Shown in pieces: positions 53,664 through 64,000 of a stretch of DNA of 64,000 nucleotides. Numbering within the stretch: position 1 is the stretch's first letter; the number at the start of each line of letters is the position of its first letter. The DNA is from Nitrogeniibacter sp. (lineage in GTDB: Bacteria; Pseudomonadota; Gammaproteobacteria; Burkholderiales; Rhodocyclaceae), in the NCBI GenBank assembly GCA_041600915.1, contig JBFIJC010000001.1:23895-87894 (forward strand), in the 5' to 3' direction. Both the position numbers and the translations under genes were made by a program. The notes under the pieces are model-generated. The model did no database searches, had not been told where the DNA came from, and was given only the letters and a program-made list of their open reading frames with translations.

Positions 53664-55370
53664 ATGTCCATTCCCACTCCTGAAATGTCCATGGAAAGCT
53701 TTGCCGAACTGTTCGAGGAAAGCCTAGCGCTGCAGGAAATGCGCACGGGCGAAGTGATCACCGCCGAGGTGGTCCGTATCGATCAGAACTTCGTTGTCGT
53801 GAATGCTGGCTTGAAGTCCGAAAGCTATGTCGCGATCGAAGAGTTCCGCAACGATCACGGCGAACTTGAAGTTAAAGAAGGCGACTACGTCCAGGTTGCC
53901 ATCGACGCACTCGAAGACGGCTACGGCGAAACCCGGCTGTCCCGTGACAAAGCCAAGCGCATCGCCGCCTGGAACGACCTGGAGCTCGCGCTCAACGAAG
54001 GCACGCTGGTTAACGGTGTTGTCAGTGGTCGCGTCAAGGGTGGTCTGACGGTCATGACCCACGGTATCCGCGCCTTCCTGCCGGGTTCGCTGGTCGACAT
54101 GCGTCCTGTCAAGGACACCGCCCCGTACGAGGGTAAAGAATTCGAATTCAAGGTCATCAAGCTCGACCGCAAGCGCAACAACGTCGTTGTGTCGCGCCGT
54201 GCCGTGCTCGAAGAGACCATGGGTGAAGAGCGCGATAAGCTGCTCGAGAACCTGGCCGAAGGTATGGTCGTCAAGGGCATCGTCAAGAACATCACCGACT
54301 ACGGCGCGTTCGTGGATCTGGGTGGTATCGACGGTCTGCTGCACATCACCGATCTGGCCTGGCGTCGTGTGCGTCACCCGTCGGAAGTGGTTGCTGTCGG
54401 CGACGAACTCGAAGCCAAAGTGCTCAAGTTCGACCGCGAGCGTTGCCGCGTGTCGCTGGGTCTGAAGCAGCTGGGCGAAGATCCGTGGGTCGGCATTGCA
54501 CGTCGTTACCCCACCGGCACCCGTCTGTTCGGCAAAGTCACCAACATCACCGACTACGGCTCGTTCGTGGAAGTGGAGCAGGGCATCGAAGGTCTGGTGC
54601 ACGTCTCCGAGATGGACTGGACCAACAAGAACATCCACCCGAACAAAGTCGTCCAGCTGGGCGATGAGGTGGAAGTGATGATCCTCGACATCGACGAAGA
54701 GCGTCGCCGTATCTCCCTGGGTATGAAGCAGTGCATGGCCAACCCGTGGGACGAGTTCGCCATGAACTTCAAGAAGGGCGACAAGGTTGCCGGTCAGATC
54801 AAGTCGATCACCGATTTCGGTGTGTTCATCGGCCTGGATGGCGGCATCGACGGCCTGGTTCACCTGTCCGACCTGTCATGGTCCGAGCAGGGCGAAGAAG
54901 CCGTGCGTCGCTTCAAGAAAGGTGACGAAGTTGAAGCCGTGGTGCTGGCCATCGACGTCGAGCGTGAGCGTATCTCGCTTGGCATCAAGCAGATGGATGG
55001 GGACCCCTTCACCAACTTCATCGCGACCCACGACAAGAACAGCCTCGTGCGCGGCACCGTCAAGACGGTCGACGCCCGCGGTGCAGTGATTTCGCTGGGT
55101 GATGACATCGAAGGCTACCTGCGCGTGTCTGAAGCCGCTCCGCACCGTATCGACGACCTGACCACCGTGATGAAGGAAGGTGAAGAAGTCGAGACGATGA
55201 TCATCAACGTGGATCGCAAGTCCCGTTCGATCAACCTGTCGATCAAAGCCAAGGATCAGGCTGAGACCTCCGACGCCATGCAGAAGCTGGCCGCAGAGAG
55301 CTCCGCCGCGACGGGCACCACCAGTCTGGGTGCGTTGCTCAAGGCGAAGATGGACGAGCAGAAGCAATAA
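53664..55370 (+). CDS. rpsA: 30S ribosomal protein S1 (start may be 53685, MSMESF)
   Basis: [11 protein letters not shown]...[25 protein letters not shown] and six S1 repeats. Confidence 0.95.
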   Translation: MSIPTPEMSMESFAELFEESLALQEMRTGEVITAEVVRIDQNFVVVNAGLKSESYVAIEEFRNDHGELEVKEGDYVQVAIDALEDGYGETRLSRDKAKRIAAWNDLELALNEGTLVNGVVSGRVKGGLTVMTHGIRAFLPGSLVDMRPVKDTAPYEGKEFEFKVIKLDRKRNNVVVSRRAVLEETMGEERDKLLENLAEGMVVKGIVKNITDYGAFVDLGGIDGLLHITDLAWRRVRHPSEVVAVGDELEAKVLKFDRERCRVSLGLKQLGEDPWVGIARRYPTGTRLFGKVTNITDYGSFVEVEQGIEGLVHVSEMDWTNKNIHPNKVVQLGDEVEVMILDIDEERRRISLGMKQCMANPWDEFAMNFKKGDKVAGQIKSITDFGVFIGLDGGIDGLVHLSDLSWSEQGEEAVRRFKKGDEVEAVVLAIDVERERISLGIKQMDGDPFTNFIATHDKNSLVRGTVKTVDARGAVISLGDDIEGYLRVSEAAPHRIDDLTTVMKEGEEVETMIINVDRKSRSINLSIKAKDQAETSDAMQKLAAESSAATGTTSLGALLKAKMDEQKQ

Positions 55371-55381
55371 TTGGTGCACTC

Positions 55382-55666
55382 ATGACCAAATCGGAGCTCA
55401 TTGCGCGACTGGCGGCACGTTTTCCGCAGTTGGTTGCCAAGGATGCCGATTATGCTGTCAAGATGATTCTCGATGCGATGACCGACTCATTGTCACGTGG
55501 TGATCGCATCGAGATTCGCGGCTTCGGCAGCTTTGCGCTGAATTACCGCCCGCCCCGCATGGGACGCAATCCGAAATCCGGTGAACGGGTTGAGGTTGCT
55601 GAAAAACATGTGCCGCATTTCAAGGCGGGCAAGGAATTGCGGGAACGCGTCGATCTGGCCGAATAA
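55382..55666 (+). CDS. ihfB: Integration host factor beta subunit
   Basis: [11 protein letters not shown]...IEIRGFGSF...[13 protein letters not shown]. Confidence 0.95.
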   Translation: MTKSELIARLAARFPQLVAKDADYAVKMILDAMTDSLSRGDRIEIRGFGSFALNYRPPRMGRNPKSGERVEVAEKHVPHFKAGKELRERVDLAE

Positions 55667-55690
55667 TCGGTTCAGATCGTGTCATTAGAG

Positions 55691-55718
55691 AAGGCGGTTT
55701 CGACCGCCTTCTTTTTTG
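55691..55718 (+). terminator. Rho-independent terminator
   Basis: GAAGGCGGT-TTCG-ACCGCCTTC then TTTTTT. Confidence 0.75.
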
Positions 55719-55745
55719 TCCACGAGTCGGCCATAATCACCCCCT

Positions 55746-56063
55746 ATGCGAATTATTGTCTGGATCATCCGTCTAGCGGTCTTTCTCGTTCTGTTCGGCT
55801 TTGCCGTCAAGAATGACCAACTCACGACGCTGAACTTCTACATGGGCAAGCAATGGCAGTTGCCATTGGTCTTGGTCATCCTTGGCGCTTTTGCCGCCGG
55901 GGCCCTTGTGGGCGTGACCGCGACACTGTCCTCGCTGGTGCGTCAGCGGCGCGAGATCGGCCGTCTGCGCAAGTCCTTGCGCAAGGCAGAAGCCGAGATC
56001 AAGGCGTCGGCGAGCACTGGCGTTGTGCCGCGAGCCGACGGGGACGCGCCTGAAGCGTTCTGA
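55746..56063 (+). CDS. lapA: LPS assembly protein LapA (DUF1049)
   Basis: Two TM segments, small size, precedes lapB. Confidence 0.8.
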   Translation: MRIIVWIIRLAVFLVLFGFAVKNDQLTTLNFYMGKQWQLPLVLVILGAFAAGALVGVTATLSSLVRQRREIGRLRKSLRKAEAEIKASASTGVVPRADGDAPEAF

Positions 56064-56068
56064 CCCCC

Positions 56069-57244
56069 ATGGAAATTGAATTCTGGTGGTTACTGGCGCT
56101 GCCGCTGTTCTTTGCTTTGGGCTGGATGGCGGCGCGGGTCGATATCCGGCATGTCATGAAGGAGTCGCGCAGTCTGCCGCGCTCCTATCTCAATGGTTTG
56201 AATTTTTTGCTCAACGAGCAGCCCGATAAGGCGATTGATGCCTTCATCGAGGCGGTGCGCATCGACCCCGATACGGTCGAGCTGCATTTCGCGCTCGGCA
56301 GTCTGTTTCGCCGTCGTGGCGAAACCGAACGCGCGATCCGCATGCACCAACACCTGGTCGACCGCGAAGACCTGAACGAATCGCAGCGCCTTCAGGCCTT
56401 GGCCGAACTCGGCCAGGATTACCTGAAAGCGGGTTTGCTTGATCGCGCCGAATCCGTGTTTCTGCGCTTGCGCGGCACGGCCTTGAACGACATCGCGCTG
56501 CGCGACTTGCTCGAAATCTATCAGCAAGAGAAGGATTGGCCGAAAGCCATCGATATCGCCAAAGCCCTGCCGGACCATGAGAGTGTCTGGTGGCGCAAGG
56601 AAATGGCCAACTTCCATTGCGAGATGGCCTCCGATGCGCTGGCCGATTCGCGACTGGATGATGCGCAGACCGCCATTGAGTCGGCTTTGCAGATCAATCC
56701 GCGTTCGGTGCGCGGCAGTCTCATCAAGGGCGATCTGGCGGCACGGCGTGGCGATCTCGATGAAGCGGTCGCGGCCTGGAAGCGGATCGAAGGGCAAGAC
56801 CCGCACTACCTCTCGCTGGCTGCCGAGCGCCTGATGAAGGCGTATGACTCGCAGGGCCGGCTTGAAGACGGTTTGCAGTTGCTGCGCGCTTACCTTGAGC
56901 GGCATTCTTCGCTCGATTTGCTCGATGTGCTGTTTGATCGCACCTTGAAGCTGGCCGGTTCGCTCAGCGCCTATGACCTGGTTCGCGACGAGTTGCGCCG
57001 CAATCCGAGCGTGCTTGGCCTCGACAAGATGCTTGAAGCCGCCTTGGTGGCCGCGCCGACCGAGTTGCGGCCCGATATTGAACTGGTTCGCCAGCTGGTG
57101 CATAGCCACACCCGGCGTGTCGCGCGCTACCGCTGCGACGCCTGCGGTTTCAAGGCGCGTCAGTTTTACTGGCGATGCCCGGCCTGTGGCGGCTGGGAGA
57201 CCACGCCACCGCGGCGGACCGAAGAATACGATCTGGTGCCCTGA
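56069..57244 (+). CDS. lapB: LPS assembly protein LapB (YciM): TPR plus rubredoxin-like zinc finger
   Basis: N-terminal TM, TPR repeats, C-terminal YRCDACGF...WRCPACGGW. Confidence 0.9.
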   Translation: MEIEFWWLLALPLFFALGWMAARVDIRHVMKESRSLPRSYLNGLNFLLNEQPDKAIDAFIEAVRIDPDTVELHFALGSLFRRRGETERAIRMHQHLVDREDLNESQRLQALAELGQDYLKAGLLDRAESVFLRLRGTALNDIALRDLLEIYQQEKDWPKAIDIAKALPDHESVWWRKEMANFHCEMASDALADSRLDDAQTAIESALQINPRSVRGSLIKGDLAARRGDLDEAVAAWKRIEGQDPHYLSLAAERLMKAYDSQGRLEDGLQLLRAYLERHSSLDLLDVLFDRTLKLAGSLSAYDLVRDELRRNPSVLGLDKMLEAALVAAPTELRPDIELVRQLVHSHTRRVARYRCDACGFKARQFYWRCPACGGWETTPPRRTEEYDLVP

Positions 57245-57282
57245 GCAATTGCTTAGCCAGCGCACGAAATGAGGATGCAAAA

Positions 57283-58605
57283 ATGAAAGTTACGGTGATT
57301 GGTTCCGGCTATGTCGGCTTGGTGTCCGGCGCTTGCCTGGCGGACGTGGGCAATGATGTGCTGTGCCTCGATGTTGATCCGGCAAAGATCAAGATTCTCG
57401 AGGATGGCGGCATTCCCATTCATGAGCCGGGGCTGCTCGAGATCGTGCGCCGCAACGTCGAAGCGGGGCGTCTGTCCTTCACCACCGATGTCGAAAAAGC
57501 CGCTAAATGGGGTGTGACGCAATTCATCGCGGTCGGTACGCCACCGGACGAAGACGGTTCGGCTGACCTCAAATATGTGATTGCCGCGGCCCGCAATATT
57601 GGTAAGCACATGGATGGCTACCGGGTGATCGTGGACAAGTCTACGGTGCCCGTGGGGACCGCCGACAAGGTACGTGCTGCGGTCGCCGAAGAGCTGGCCA
57701 AGCGTGGCAGCACGGTGGAATTCAGCGTGGTGTCGAACCCCGAGTTCCTGAAAGAGGGTGCGGCAATTGAGGACTTCATGCGTCCGGACCGCATCGTGGT
57801 GGGCGCCGAAGAGCCGCAGGCCATCGAGCTGATGCGTCAGTTGTATGCGCCCTTCCAGCGCAATCACGATCGTCTGGTGTTCATGGATGTGCGCAGCGCG
57901 GAGCTCACCAAATACGCCGCCAACGCCATGCTGGCCACACGAATCAGTTTCATGAACGAACTGGCCAATCTGGCCGAGACGCTGGGCGCCGACATTGAAC
58001 TGGTCCGTCAGGGCATCGGTTCTGACCCGCGCATCGGCTGGCACTTTTTGTATGCCGGTTGTGGTTACGGCGGCTCGTGCTTCCCGAAAGATGTGAAAGC
58101 GCTGATCCGTACCGGCACCGAATACGGCCACGACCTCAAATTGCTGAGCGCCGTCGAGGCGGCCAATGAAATCCAAAAGCATGTGCTGGTGGAAAAGATC
58201 GTACGTCGCTTCGGCGAGGATTTGACCGGCCGGCATTTCGCGCTGTGGGGACTGGCTTTCAAACCGAACACCGACGACATGCGCGATGCGCCGAGTCGCG
58301 TGATCATCCATGAGCTGTTCAAGCGTGGCGCGACCGTCGCGGCCTATGACCCGGTCGCGATGCAGGAAGCCGAGCGCATTTTCGGTGACGAACCCCGCCT
58401 GAGCTACGCCGGTCGCCCCAAGAGCACGCTCGACAATGCCGACGCGCTGGTGATCGTCACCGAATGGAAGGAATTCCGCAGTCCCGATTTTGATGCCATC
58501 AAATCGCGCCTCAAGCAGCCGGTCATGTTCGACGGGCGCAACATGTACGATCCCGCGTTGATTCGCGCCGAAGGCATCGAATATTTCGGTATCGGACGCG
58601 GCTGA
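57283..58605 (+). CDS. ugd: UDP-glucose 6-dehydrogenase
   Basis: [28 protein letters not shown] catalytic Cys motif. Confidence 0.9.
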   Translation: MKVTVIGSGYVGLVSGACLADVGNDVLCLDVDPAKIKILEDGGIPIHEPGLLEIVRRNVEAGRLSFTTDVEKAAKWGVTQFIAVGTPPDEDGSADLKYVIAAARNIGKHMDGYRVIVDKSTVPVGTADKVRAAVAEELAKRGSTVEFSVVSNPEFLKEGAAIEDFMRPDRIVVGAEEPQAIELMRQLYAPFQRNHDRLVFMDVRSAELTKYAANAMLATRISFMNELANLAETLGADIELVRQGIGSDPRIGWHFLYAGCGYGGSCFPKDVKALIRTGTEYGHDLKLLSAVEAANEIQKHVLVEKIVRRFGEDLTGRHFALWGLAFKPNTDDMRDAPSRVIIHELFKRGATVAAYDPVAMQEAERIFGDEPRLSYAGRPKSTLDNADALVIVTEWKEFRSPDFDAIKSRLKQPVMFDGRNMYDPALIRAEGIEYFGIGRG

Positions 58606-58606
58606 T

Positions 58607-59551
58607 ATGGGCGGTCGCGACCGTCTGCCCAAGACGTCTGCTGCGCGCATTCTGGTGGTCGGCGATGTGATGCTGGACCGCTACTGGTTTGGCGACGTCA
58701 GCCGGATTTCGCCAGAGGCGCCGGTCCCGGTGGTGCGTATGACGCGCGCCGAGGACCGCCCCGGCGGCGCCGCCAACGTGGCGCGCAACGCCTCGGCACT
58801 GGGCACGCAAGTGTCCTTGCTGTCGGTCGTCGGGAAAGATGAAGCGGCCGACAGTCTGGATCGTTTGCTTGCCGAATCGGCAGTGAATGCGCACCTGTTT
58901 CGCGACGACAGCGTTCAGACCACGCTCAAACTGCGAGTGATTGGCAGAAGTCAGCAGCTCTTGCGCATCGACTTCGAGCAGCGCCCCCAGGCCGAGGTGC
59001 TGGCGGCCAAGCTCGATACCTACAAGCAATTGCTGTCAGGCCATGATCTGGTGCTGATTTCCGATTACGACAAGGGCGCGCTGGATCACGTCGAAGTGAT
59101 GATTCAGCTTGCCAAAGACGCCGGCAAGCCGGTGCTGGTCGACCCCAAGGGCGACGACTTTGCTCGCTATGCCGGCGCAACGGTGCTGACGCCGAATCGG
59201 GGTGAGCTTCAAACGATTGTCGGCCGCTGGCGCTCCGAGGCCGACCTGGCCGCGCGTGTCGAGGCGCTACGTAAAGACTTGTCGCTCGGCGCCGTGCTGC
59301 TGACCCGCTCGGAAGAGGGCATGACGCTGTTCGACGAAAACGGCGTGAGTCATGAACCGACGCGCGCGCGAGAGGTCTTTGATGTGTCGGGTGCCGGCGA
59401 TACCGTGATCGCGACCTTTGCGGTCATGCTCGCCTGCGGTCTCACCGCCCCGGATGCCATGCACTGGGCCAACCTCGCCGCCGGTGTTGTTGTTGGCAAG
59501 CTCGGTACCGCGGTGGTCTCGCTCGACGAACTGCGCGCAAGCGCTTCCTGA
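58607..59551 (+). CDS. hldA: D-glycero-beta-D-manno-heptose-7-phosphate kinase (RfaE domain I type)
   Basis: ILVVGDVMLDRYWFGDVSRISPEAPVPVV, DVSGAGDTV ribokinase-fold motifs. 314 aa, kinase domain only. Confidence 0.85.
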   Translation: MGGRDRLPKTSAARILVVGDVMLDRYWFGDVSRISPEAPVPVVRMTRAEDRPGGAANVARNASALGTQVSLLSVVGKDEAADSLDRLLAESAVNAHLFRDDSVQTTLKLRVIGRSQQLLRIDFEQRPQAEVLAAKLDTYKQLLSGHDLVLISDYDKGALDHVEVMIQLAKDAGKPVLVDPKGDDFARYAGATVLTPNRGELQTIVGRWRSEADLAARVEALRKDLSLGAVLLTRSEEGMTLFDENGVSHEPTRAREVFDVSGAGDTVIATFAVMLACGLTAPDAMHWANLAAGVVVGKLGTAVVSLDELRASAS

Positions 59552-59576
59552 TTCCGCCCACTGACTGGACGCACGG

Positions 59577-60467
59577 ATGCAATTCAAAACCCTTGAAGAC
59601 TATGTTGGCGAGACACCCCTGGTGCGCCTCAAGCGAATCAATGCCGGTGACGGCAATGTGATTCTCGCCAAGCTCGAGGGCAACAACCCCGCAGGGTCGG
59701 TCAAAGACCGGCCGGCAATGTCGATGATTCTGCGCGCCGAGGCGGCAGGTCGTATTCGCCCGGGCGATACGCTGATCGAAGCCACCAGTGGCAATACCGG
59801 CATTGCGCTGGCCATGGCGGCGGCGATTCGTGGCTACAAGATGATTCTGGTCATGCCCGAGAATCAGAGCATCGAGCGCCGGCAGACCATGCGTGCCTTT
59901 GGCGCTGAACTGATCCTGACGCCGAAAGCCGGCGGTATGGAAGTGGCGCGCGATATGGCGACCCGGATGCGCGACGACGGCGAAGGTGTAATCCTCGACC
60001 AGTTCGGCAATCCGGATAACCCGGAAGCGCACTTCGAGGGCACAGGCCCCGAGCTGTGGCGTCAGACCGGCGGGCAGATTACGCACTTCGTCAGCTCCAT
60101 GGGGACGACCGGCACCATCATGGGGACGTCGCGTTACCTCAAAGGGCAGAACGCGAAGATTCAGATCATCGGCTGCGAGCCCGCCGAGGGCGCGCAAATC
60201 CCCGGCATCCGGAAGTGGCCGGAAGCCTATCTGCCAACCATTTACGATGCCTCACGCGTTGACCGTATCGAGCCCGTCACCCAGGCCGATGCCGAGGAGA
60301 TGACCCGTCGGCTGGCGCGTGAAGAAGGCATTTTTGCCGGCATCTCTTCTGGCGGCGCCATGCATGTGGCCTTGCGAGTTGCCGCGCAAGTGAGCAATGC
60401 GGTGATCGTGAGCATTGTCTGTGACCGCGGCGATCGCTACTTGTCGACGGGTGTGTTCCCGGCCTGA
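59577..60467 (+). CDS. cysM: Cysteine synthase B
   Basis: KLEGNNPAGSVKDRPA, ATSGNTGIALA, length 296 aa. Confidence 0.9.
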   Translation: MQFKTLEDYVGETPLVRLKRINAGDGNVILAKLEGNNPAGSVKDRPAMSMILRAEAAGRIRPGDTLIEATSGNTGIALAMAAAIRGYKMILVMPENQSIERRQTMRAFGAELILTPKAGGMEVARDMATRMRDDGEGVILDQFGNPDNPEAHFEGTGPELWRQTGGQITHFVSSMGTTGTIMGTSRYLKGQNAKIQIIGCEPAEGAQIPGIRKWPEAYLPTIYDASRVDRIEPVTQADAEEMTRRLAREEGIFAGISSGGAMHVALRVAAQVSNAVIVSIVCDRGDRYLSTGVFPA

Positions 60468-60471
60468 GCGC

Positions 60472-62439
60472 ATGCGCTGGCGGCGCGCGTCGGCGTGGGG
60501 CGCGGCGCTGCTCTTTTGGGGCGCGTCGGCCTGGGCCGGTTTACAGCTCGACATCCATCAGCTTGACCATCCCAGCTTTTCTGCGCGCGGCGTGCGTCTG
60601 CAACTGGACGGCACCGCCGGGCAGATTCGACTCGACCACCTCTCCGCCGCCGGCCGGCAATGGCAGGGCGTGCAGCTCGACTGCCGACGCCTGCAACTGG
60701 ACGATGGGCGCATCCGGTGTGCCGATGCGCGTGTCCGTGGTGTGCCCGAGCTGGTCGATGCGCGGCTGTATCTCGATTTTTCGACGAAGTCCCGTTCTGG
60801 CCGCCTCGTCGCCGATCTCCCGGGCAACGCACGTGTGACCGCTTCGCTGGCGGCTAATGCGGCGATCAATCTGGTCTTTGAACACCTGCCGGTGGCGATG
60901 CTCGATCGTGTCTGGCCGGCCTCGGTTCAGTGGCAGCCGGTGGGTGCCTTGAGCGGGCGGGCGGACTTTGACGGGCGCCATCTCAGCGTCTCAGCGACGC
61001 TGGAAAACGCCGGGTTTTCGGACGCCTCGGGTAGCCATGCCGCCGAAGCCTTGGCTGGCAACGTCGAGCTGAAGGCGGCACGCCATGCCGATGCATGGCG
61101 CTGGGATCTGCGTGCGACCTGGAAGGCCGGCGGCGTGTTCTGGGATCCGGTGTTCGTGTCGCCGGGCATTTCAGTGAGCGCCGAAGGCGAGCTTTCGGAC
61201 CGGCACATCGACGTTTTCTCTTCACGCATTGAAGCACCTGGCTTGGCGCACATCACGGGGCGGGGGCGCGCTGACATCGCCAGCCGTCAGATCATTGATG
61301 CGGAGCTGTCGGTCAGCCGCGCTGATCTCGCGGTGGTGGTGCCGCAGTTTGTGTTGCCGGTGGTGGCGCCGGCGCAAACCGAGCGCTGGCAGGTGGCGGG
61401 CTGGGCCGATGTGAGCGCGCGGTGGCGGGGCGGCCAGCTTCAGGGCGTCGACATCGGTCTTGATCAAGTCGGCTTTGCGTATCTGGGCCAGCGCTTCCGC
61501 GTCGGGCCCTTGTCGGGCACGCTGCCATGGCACCGTGATGGGCCTGCAAACGGATATCTCCTGGTGGATGGGCTGCATTGGCAAAAACTTGATTTCGACC
61601 CGTTCACGCTTGAGATGGCGGTCGATCAGGGGCGGATCGAGGTCGCGCCGGCGCGACTGCCGGTGCTCGACGGGGCGGTCATTGTCGATCGCCTGACCGT
61701 GTCGCAAACCGAGGAGGGATGGCAAGGCCAGGGCGGGTTCTTCATGGAGCCGATCTCAATGCGGGCCTTGACTGCCGCGCTCGATCTGCCGGAGATGGTC
61801 GGCACTTTGTCGGCATCGATTCCCGGGCTGATCGTGACCCCCCGCCGTGCCGCGCTCGATGGTGCGCTGGTCATCGCCTTGTTTGATGGCTATGTGCAGG
61901 CCACCGGTCTGGAGGTGGTAGAGCCTTTCGGGCTGCTGCCGCGTCTGCGCGCCAATGTGGTGGCGGAGCATCTGGACATGGCGCAACTGACCGAGACTTT
62001 CTCGTTTGGCGCGGTCAGCGGTTTTATCGATCTGAGCTTGAACGATCTGCAGATGGCTGCCTGGAAGCCGGTGCGATTCGATGCTTTGGCGCGGAGCACG
62101 CCGGGGGATTACCGGCGGCGGATCAGTCAGCGTGCGGTCGAGCACATTACGGCGCTCGGCGGGCCGAGTGCAAGCGCCGCCATACAGCGCAGCTTTTTGC
62201 AGTTTTTCAACGATTTTGGCTACCGGGAAATCGGGGTCGGCTGCCGGCTCGCCAAGGGCGTATGCCAGATGCAAGGGGTTGAGGGTCCAGGTGCCGACGC
62301 GGCGCCGTTCACCATCGTGCGCGGCGGCGGCATCCCGGCGCTTAACGTCATCGGCTACAATCGGCGCGTGAATTGGGACGAGCTGATCGCGCGCGTCAAG
62401 GCGGCAATCGCCAGTGACGCGGCGCCGGTCATCAAGTGA
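60472..62439 (+). CDS. YdbH-like AsmA-family envelope protein
   Basis: Signal/anchor, 655 aa. C-terminal ISQRAVEHITALGG...FLQFFNDFGYREIGVGCRLAKGVCQMQGV pattern. Followed by ynbE- and ydbL-like genes. Confidence 0.6.
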   Translation: MRWRRASAWGAALLFWGASAWAGLQLDIHQLDHPSFSARGVRLQLDGTAGQIRLDHLSAAGRQWQGVQLDCRRLQLDDGRIRCADARVRGVPELVDARLYLDFSTKSRSGRLVADLPGNARVTASLAANAAINLVFEHLPVAMLDRVWPASVQWQPVGALSGRADFDGRHLSVSATLENAGFSDASGSHAAEALAGNVELKAARHADAWRWDLRATWKAGGVFWDPVFVSPGISVSAEGELSDRHIDVFSSRIEAPGLAHITGRGRADIASRQIIDAELSVSRADLAVVVPQFVLPVVAPAQTERWQVAGWADVSARWRGGQLQGVDIGLDQVGFAYLGQRFRVGPLSGTLPWHRDGPANGYLLVDGLHWQKLDFDPFTLEMAVDQGRIEVAPARLPVLDGAVIVDRLTVSQTEEGWQGQGGFFMEPISMRALTAALDLPEMVGTLSASIPGLIVTPRRAALDGALVIALFDGYVQATGLEVVEPFGLLPRLRANVVAEHLDMAQLTETFSFGAVSGFIDLSLNDLQMAAWKPVRFDALARSTPGDYRRRISQRAVEHITALGGPSASAAIQRSFLQFFNDFGYREIGVGCRLAKGVCQMQGVEGPGADAAPFTIVRGGGIPALNVIGYNRRVNWDELIARVKAAIASDAAPVIK

Positions 62440-62447
62440 GGACAGAC

Positions 62448-62627
62448 ATGAAACCGGTATCGAGATGGGCCGCGATGATTGCATTCAGCCTGAGCATGGC
62501 TGGCTGTGTGACGATCAATATCTATTTCCCGGCGGCAGCGGCAGAGAAGGCCGCTGACCGGATCATCGATGAAGTCTGGCAGCTCAAGCCGGATGCCGTC
62601 ACCAAAGAAGGAGCGCCCAGCCGATGA
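62448..62627 (+). CDS. YnbE-like small lipoprotein
   Basis: 59 aa. Lipobox LSMAGC, then VTINIYFP. GAGGA RBS. Confidence 0.55.
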   Translation: MKPVSRWAAMIAFSLSMAGCVTINIYFPAAAAEKAADRIIDEVWQLKPDAVTKEGAPSR

Positions 62628-63037
62628 AAGCCGCATGGAAGACACTTTTTGTTGCGAGTCTGCTCACCGCGACGCTGGCCACGGCGCAGGGGAATCTCGA
62701 AGTCAATACGCCTGCCATTGCTGCGATCAAGTCGTCGATGTCGCAGCGGCACGCGCAGCTGGCACCGCTCTATGCCTCCGGCGCGGTGGGTCTGAAATCT
62801 GACGGCTCGCTTGCCGTACATGATGCGAATGCTGTGCCATTGGCGCAGCGTGGCAAGCTCAATGCGCTGGTGGCCGCCGAGAACAACGACCGTACCGCGC
62901 TCTACCGCGAAATCGCCACGGCCAACGGGCACCCCGAGTGGGCGGCCGACATTCGCAACACCTTCGCGCAGCGCTGGATCGACAAGGCGCCCGGTGGCTG
63001 GTGGGTAGAGGGTGCGCAAGGCTGGGCGCGCAAGTGA
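62624..63037 (+). CDS. YdbL-like periplasmic protein (DUF1318)
   Basis: Signal peptide, AENNDRTALYREIATANG...GGWWVEGAQGW. Confidence 0.75.
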   Translation: MKAAWKTLFVASLLTATLATAQGNLEVNTPAIAAIKSSMSQRHAQLAPLYASGAVGLKSDGSLAVHDANAVPLAQRGKLNALVAAENNDRTALYREIATANGHPEWAADIRNTFAQRWIDKAPGGWWVEGAQGWARK

Positions 63038-63825
63038 GCGCTGTCCTCATCTTCGATATCGAGACGATTCCCGATGTGGCCGGGCTGCGTCGTTTGCACG
63101 ATCTGCCCGAGGATCTCGCCGACGATGAAGTCGCAGAGCTCGCCATGCAGCGGCGTCGCGCCGCGACCGGCAACGATTTTCTGCCGCACTATCTGCAGCG
63201 CATCGTCACCATTTCCTGCGTTTTTCGCGATGCGGCGCATTTCAAGGTGTTTTCGCTCTCCGAGCCTGATTCGGATGAAGCGGGCATCATCCAGCGCTTC
63301 TTCGATGGCATCGAGCGCTTCACGCCACAAATTGTTTCATGGAATGGTGGCGGATTTGATCTGCCAGTGCTTCACTACCGAGGCCTGTTGCATGGCGTTA
63401 GCGCGCCGCGCTACTGGGAAATGGGTGAAGGCGATGCGCGGGACGCGCGCGATTTCAAGTGGAATAACTACATCAGCCGCTATCACAGCCGGCATCTCGA
63501 TTTGATGGACTTGCTGGCCTTGTATCAGCCGCGGGCCAACGCGCCGCTGGATGTGCTGGCCAAGCTGATGGGCTTTCCTGGCAAGCTCGGCATGGATGGC
63601 TCCGCCGTCTGGGGGGCTTACCGGGACGGGCGGATTGCCGAAATCCGGGACTACTGCGAGACCGACGTCGTTAACACCTATCTGGTCTACTTGCGCTTTC
63701 AGCGCATGCGCGGGGTCATGCTGGCGGAAGAGTACGAGGCGGAACTCGCGGTGGTGCGCAATGCGCTGAAATCAATCGGCGCGCCGCACTGGGAAGCCTT
63801 TCTTGCGCAGTGGCCCGAGTCATAA
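63034..63825 (+). CDS. Predicted 3'-5' exonuclease related to the PolB exonuclease domain
   Basis: LIFDIETIPD (ExoI), SWNGGGFDLPVL (ExoII), YCETDVVNTYLVY (ExoIII). GTG start overlaps the ydbL stop (GTGA). Confidence 0.75.
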   Translation: MSAVLIFDIETIPDVAGLRRLHDLPEDLADDEVAELAMQRRRAATGNDFLPHYLQRIVTISCVFRDAAHFKVFSLSEPDSDEAGIIQRFFDGIERFTPQIVSWNGGGFDLPVLHYRGLLHGVSAPRYWEMGEGDARDARDFKWNNYISRYHSRHLDLMDLLALYQPRANAPLDVLAKLMGFPGKLGMDGSAVWGAYRDGRIAEIRDYCETDVVNTYLVYLRFQRMRGVMLAEEYEAELAVVRNALKSIGAPHWEAFLAQWPES

Positions 63826-63850
63826 GGTTTTTAAGGGAGCACGGAACACG

Positions 63851-64000
63851 ATGGGAATACTCTGGGCGATTCTGATTGGTCTGATCGTTGGGGTGGTGGC
63901 GAAGTTTCTGCACCCGGGCAAAGAGAATCTTGGGTTGGTGATGACCGCGCTGCTGGGCATCGCCGGTTCGATGGTCGCCAGCTTCGGTGGCCAGGTGCTT
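63851..64000 (+). CDS. GlsB/YeaQ/YmgE-family small membrane protein (partial, runs off the window)
   Basis: MGILWAILIGLIVGVVAKFLHPGKENLGLVMTALLGIAGSMVASFGG. Confidence 0.7.
   Translation, partial: MGILWAILIGLIVGVVAKFLHPGKENLGLVMTALLGIAGSMVASFGGQVL

Noticed and set aside
53724-54863. 379-aa - strand ORF opposite rpsA
   Set aside because: It is antisense to ribosomal protein S1 and has no start context or motifs.
56090-58650. 396-aa and 465-aa - strand ORFs opposite lapB and ugd
   Set aside because: They are antisense shadow ORFs opposite clearly identified genes.

Overview
High-GC proteobacterial chromosome segment in three parts. (1) 1 to ~33.5 kb: a lambdoid-organised, siphovirus-type prophage, all on the + strand. 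It runs replication/nin genes, late-regulation region, terminase, portal, head, an embedded lysis cassette, neck, tail tube, G/GT chaperone, tape measure and lambda M/L/I/J-like tip. The integrase/immunity end lies outside the window. (2) 33.8-40.9 kb: an initiator tRNA-fMet (+), then a 6.4-kb integrative island inserted in the 3' end of ssrA (tmRNA, - strand). The island is bounded by a 17-bp direct repeat. It carries a tyrosine integrase, a serine recombinase, a Rep_trans-like gene, small DNA-binding-like ORFs and an AT-richer two-gene secreted-protein cargo. (3) 40.9-64 kb: conserved core genes. On the - strand: gph/mupP-like, ubiG, ompA-family, mtaD. On the + strand: gyrA-serC-pheA-hisC-tyrA-aroA::cmk-rpsA-ihfB-lapA-lapB-ugd-hldA-cysM, ydbH/ynbE/ydbL-like genes, a PolB-exo-like exonuclease and a partial yeaQ-like gene. 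This gene order and the tmRNA tag ANDKRFALAA fit a betaproteobacterium (inference). No rRNA, CRISPR array or recognisable canonical defence system was seen. The best candidate for something undescribed is a 5.3-kb, eight-gene accessory block between the major capsid gene and the head-tail adaptor. It includes a SAM-methyltransferase fused to an MptE/Maf(DUF115)-like domain, a permuted papain-like ORF and a LamG-like protein with 13 perfect-period 22-aa His-containing repeats. This may be a virion modification/decoration module. Other points of interest are extra discoidin-like tip proteins, a small ORF wedged between the I-like and J-like genes, the palindromic attP core and inverted ssrA T-arm copy of the island, and the island's unknown cargo. 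All functional calls rest on motif recognition from memory, without database searches.
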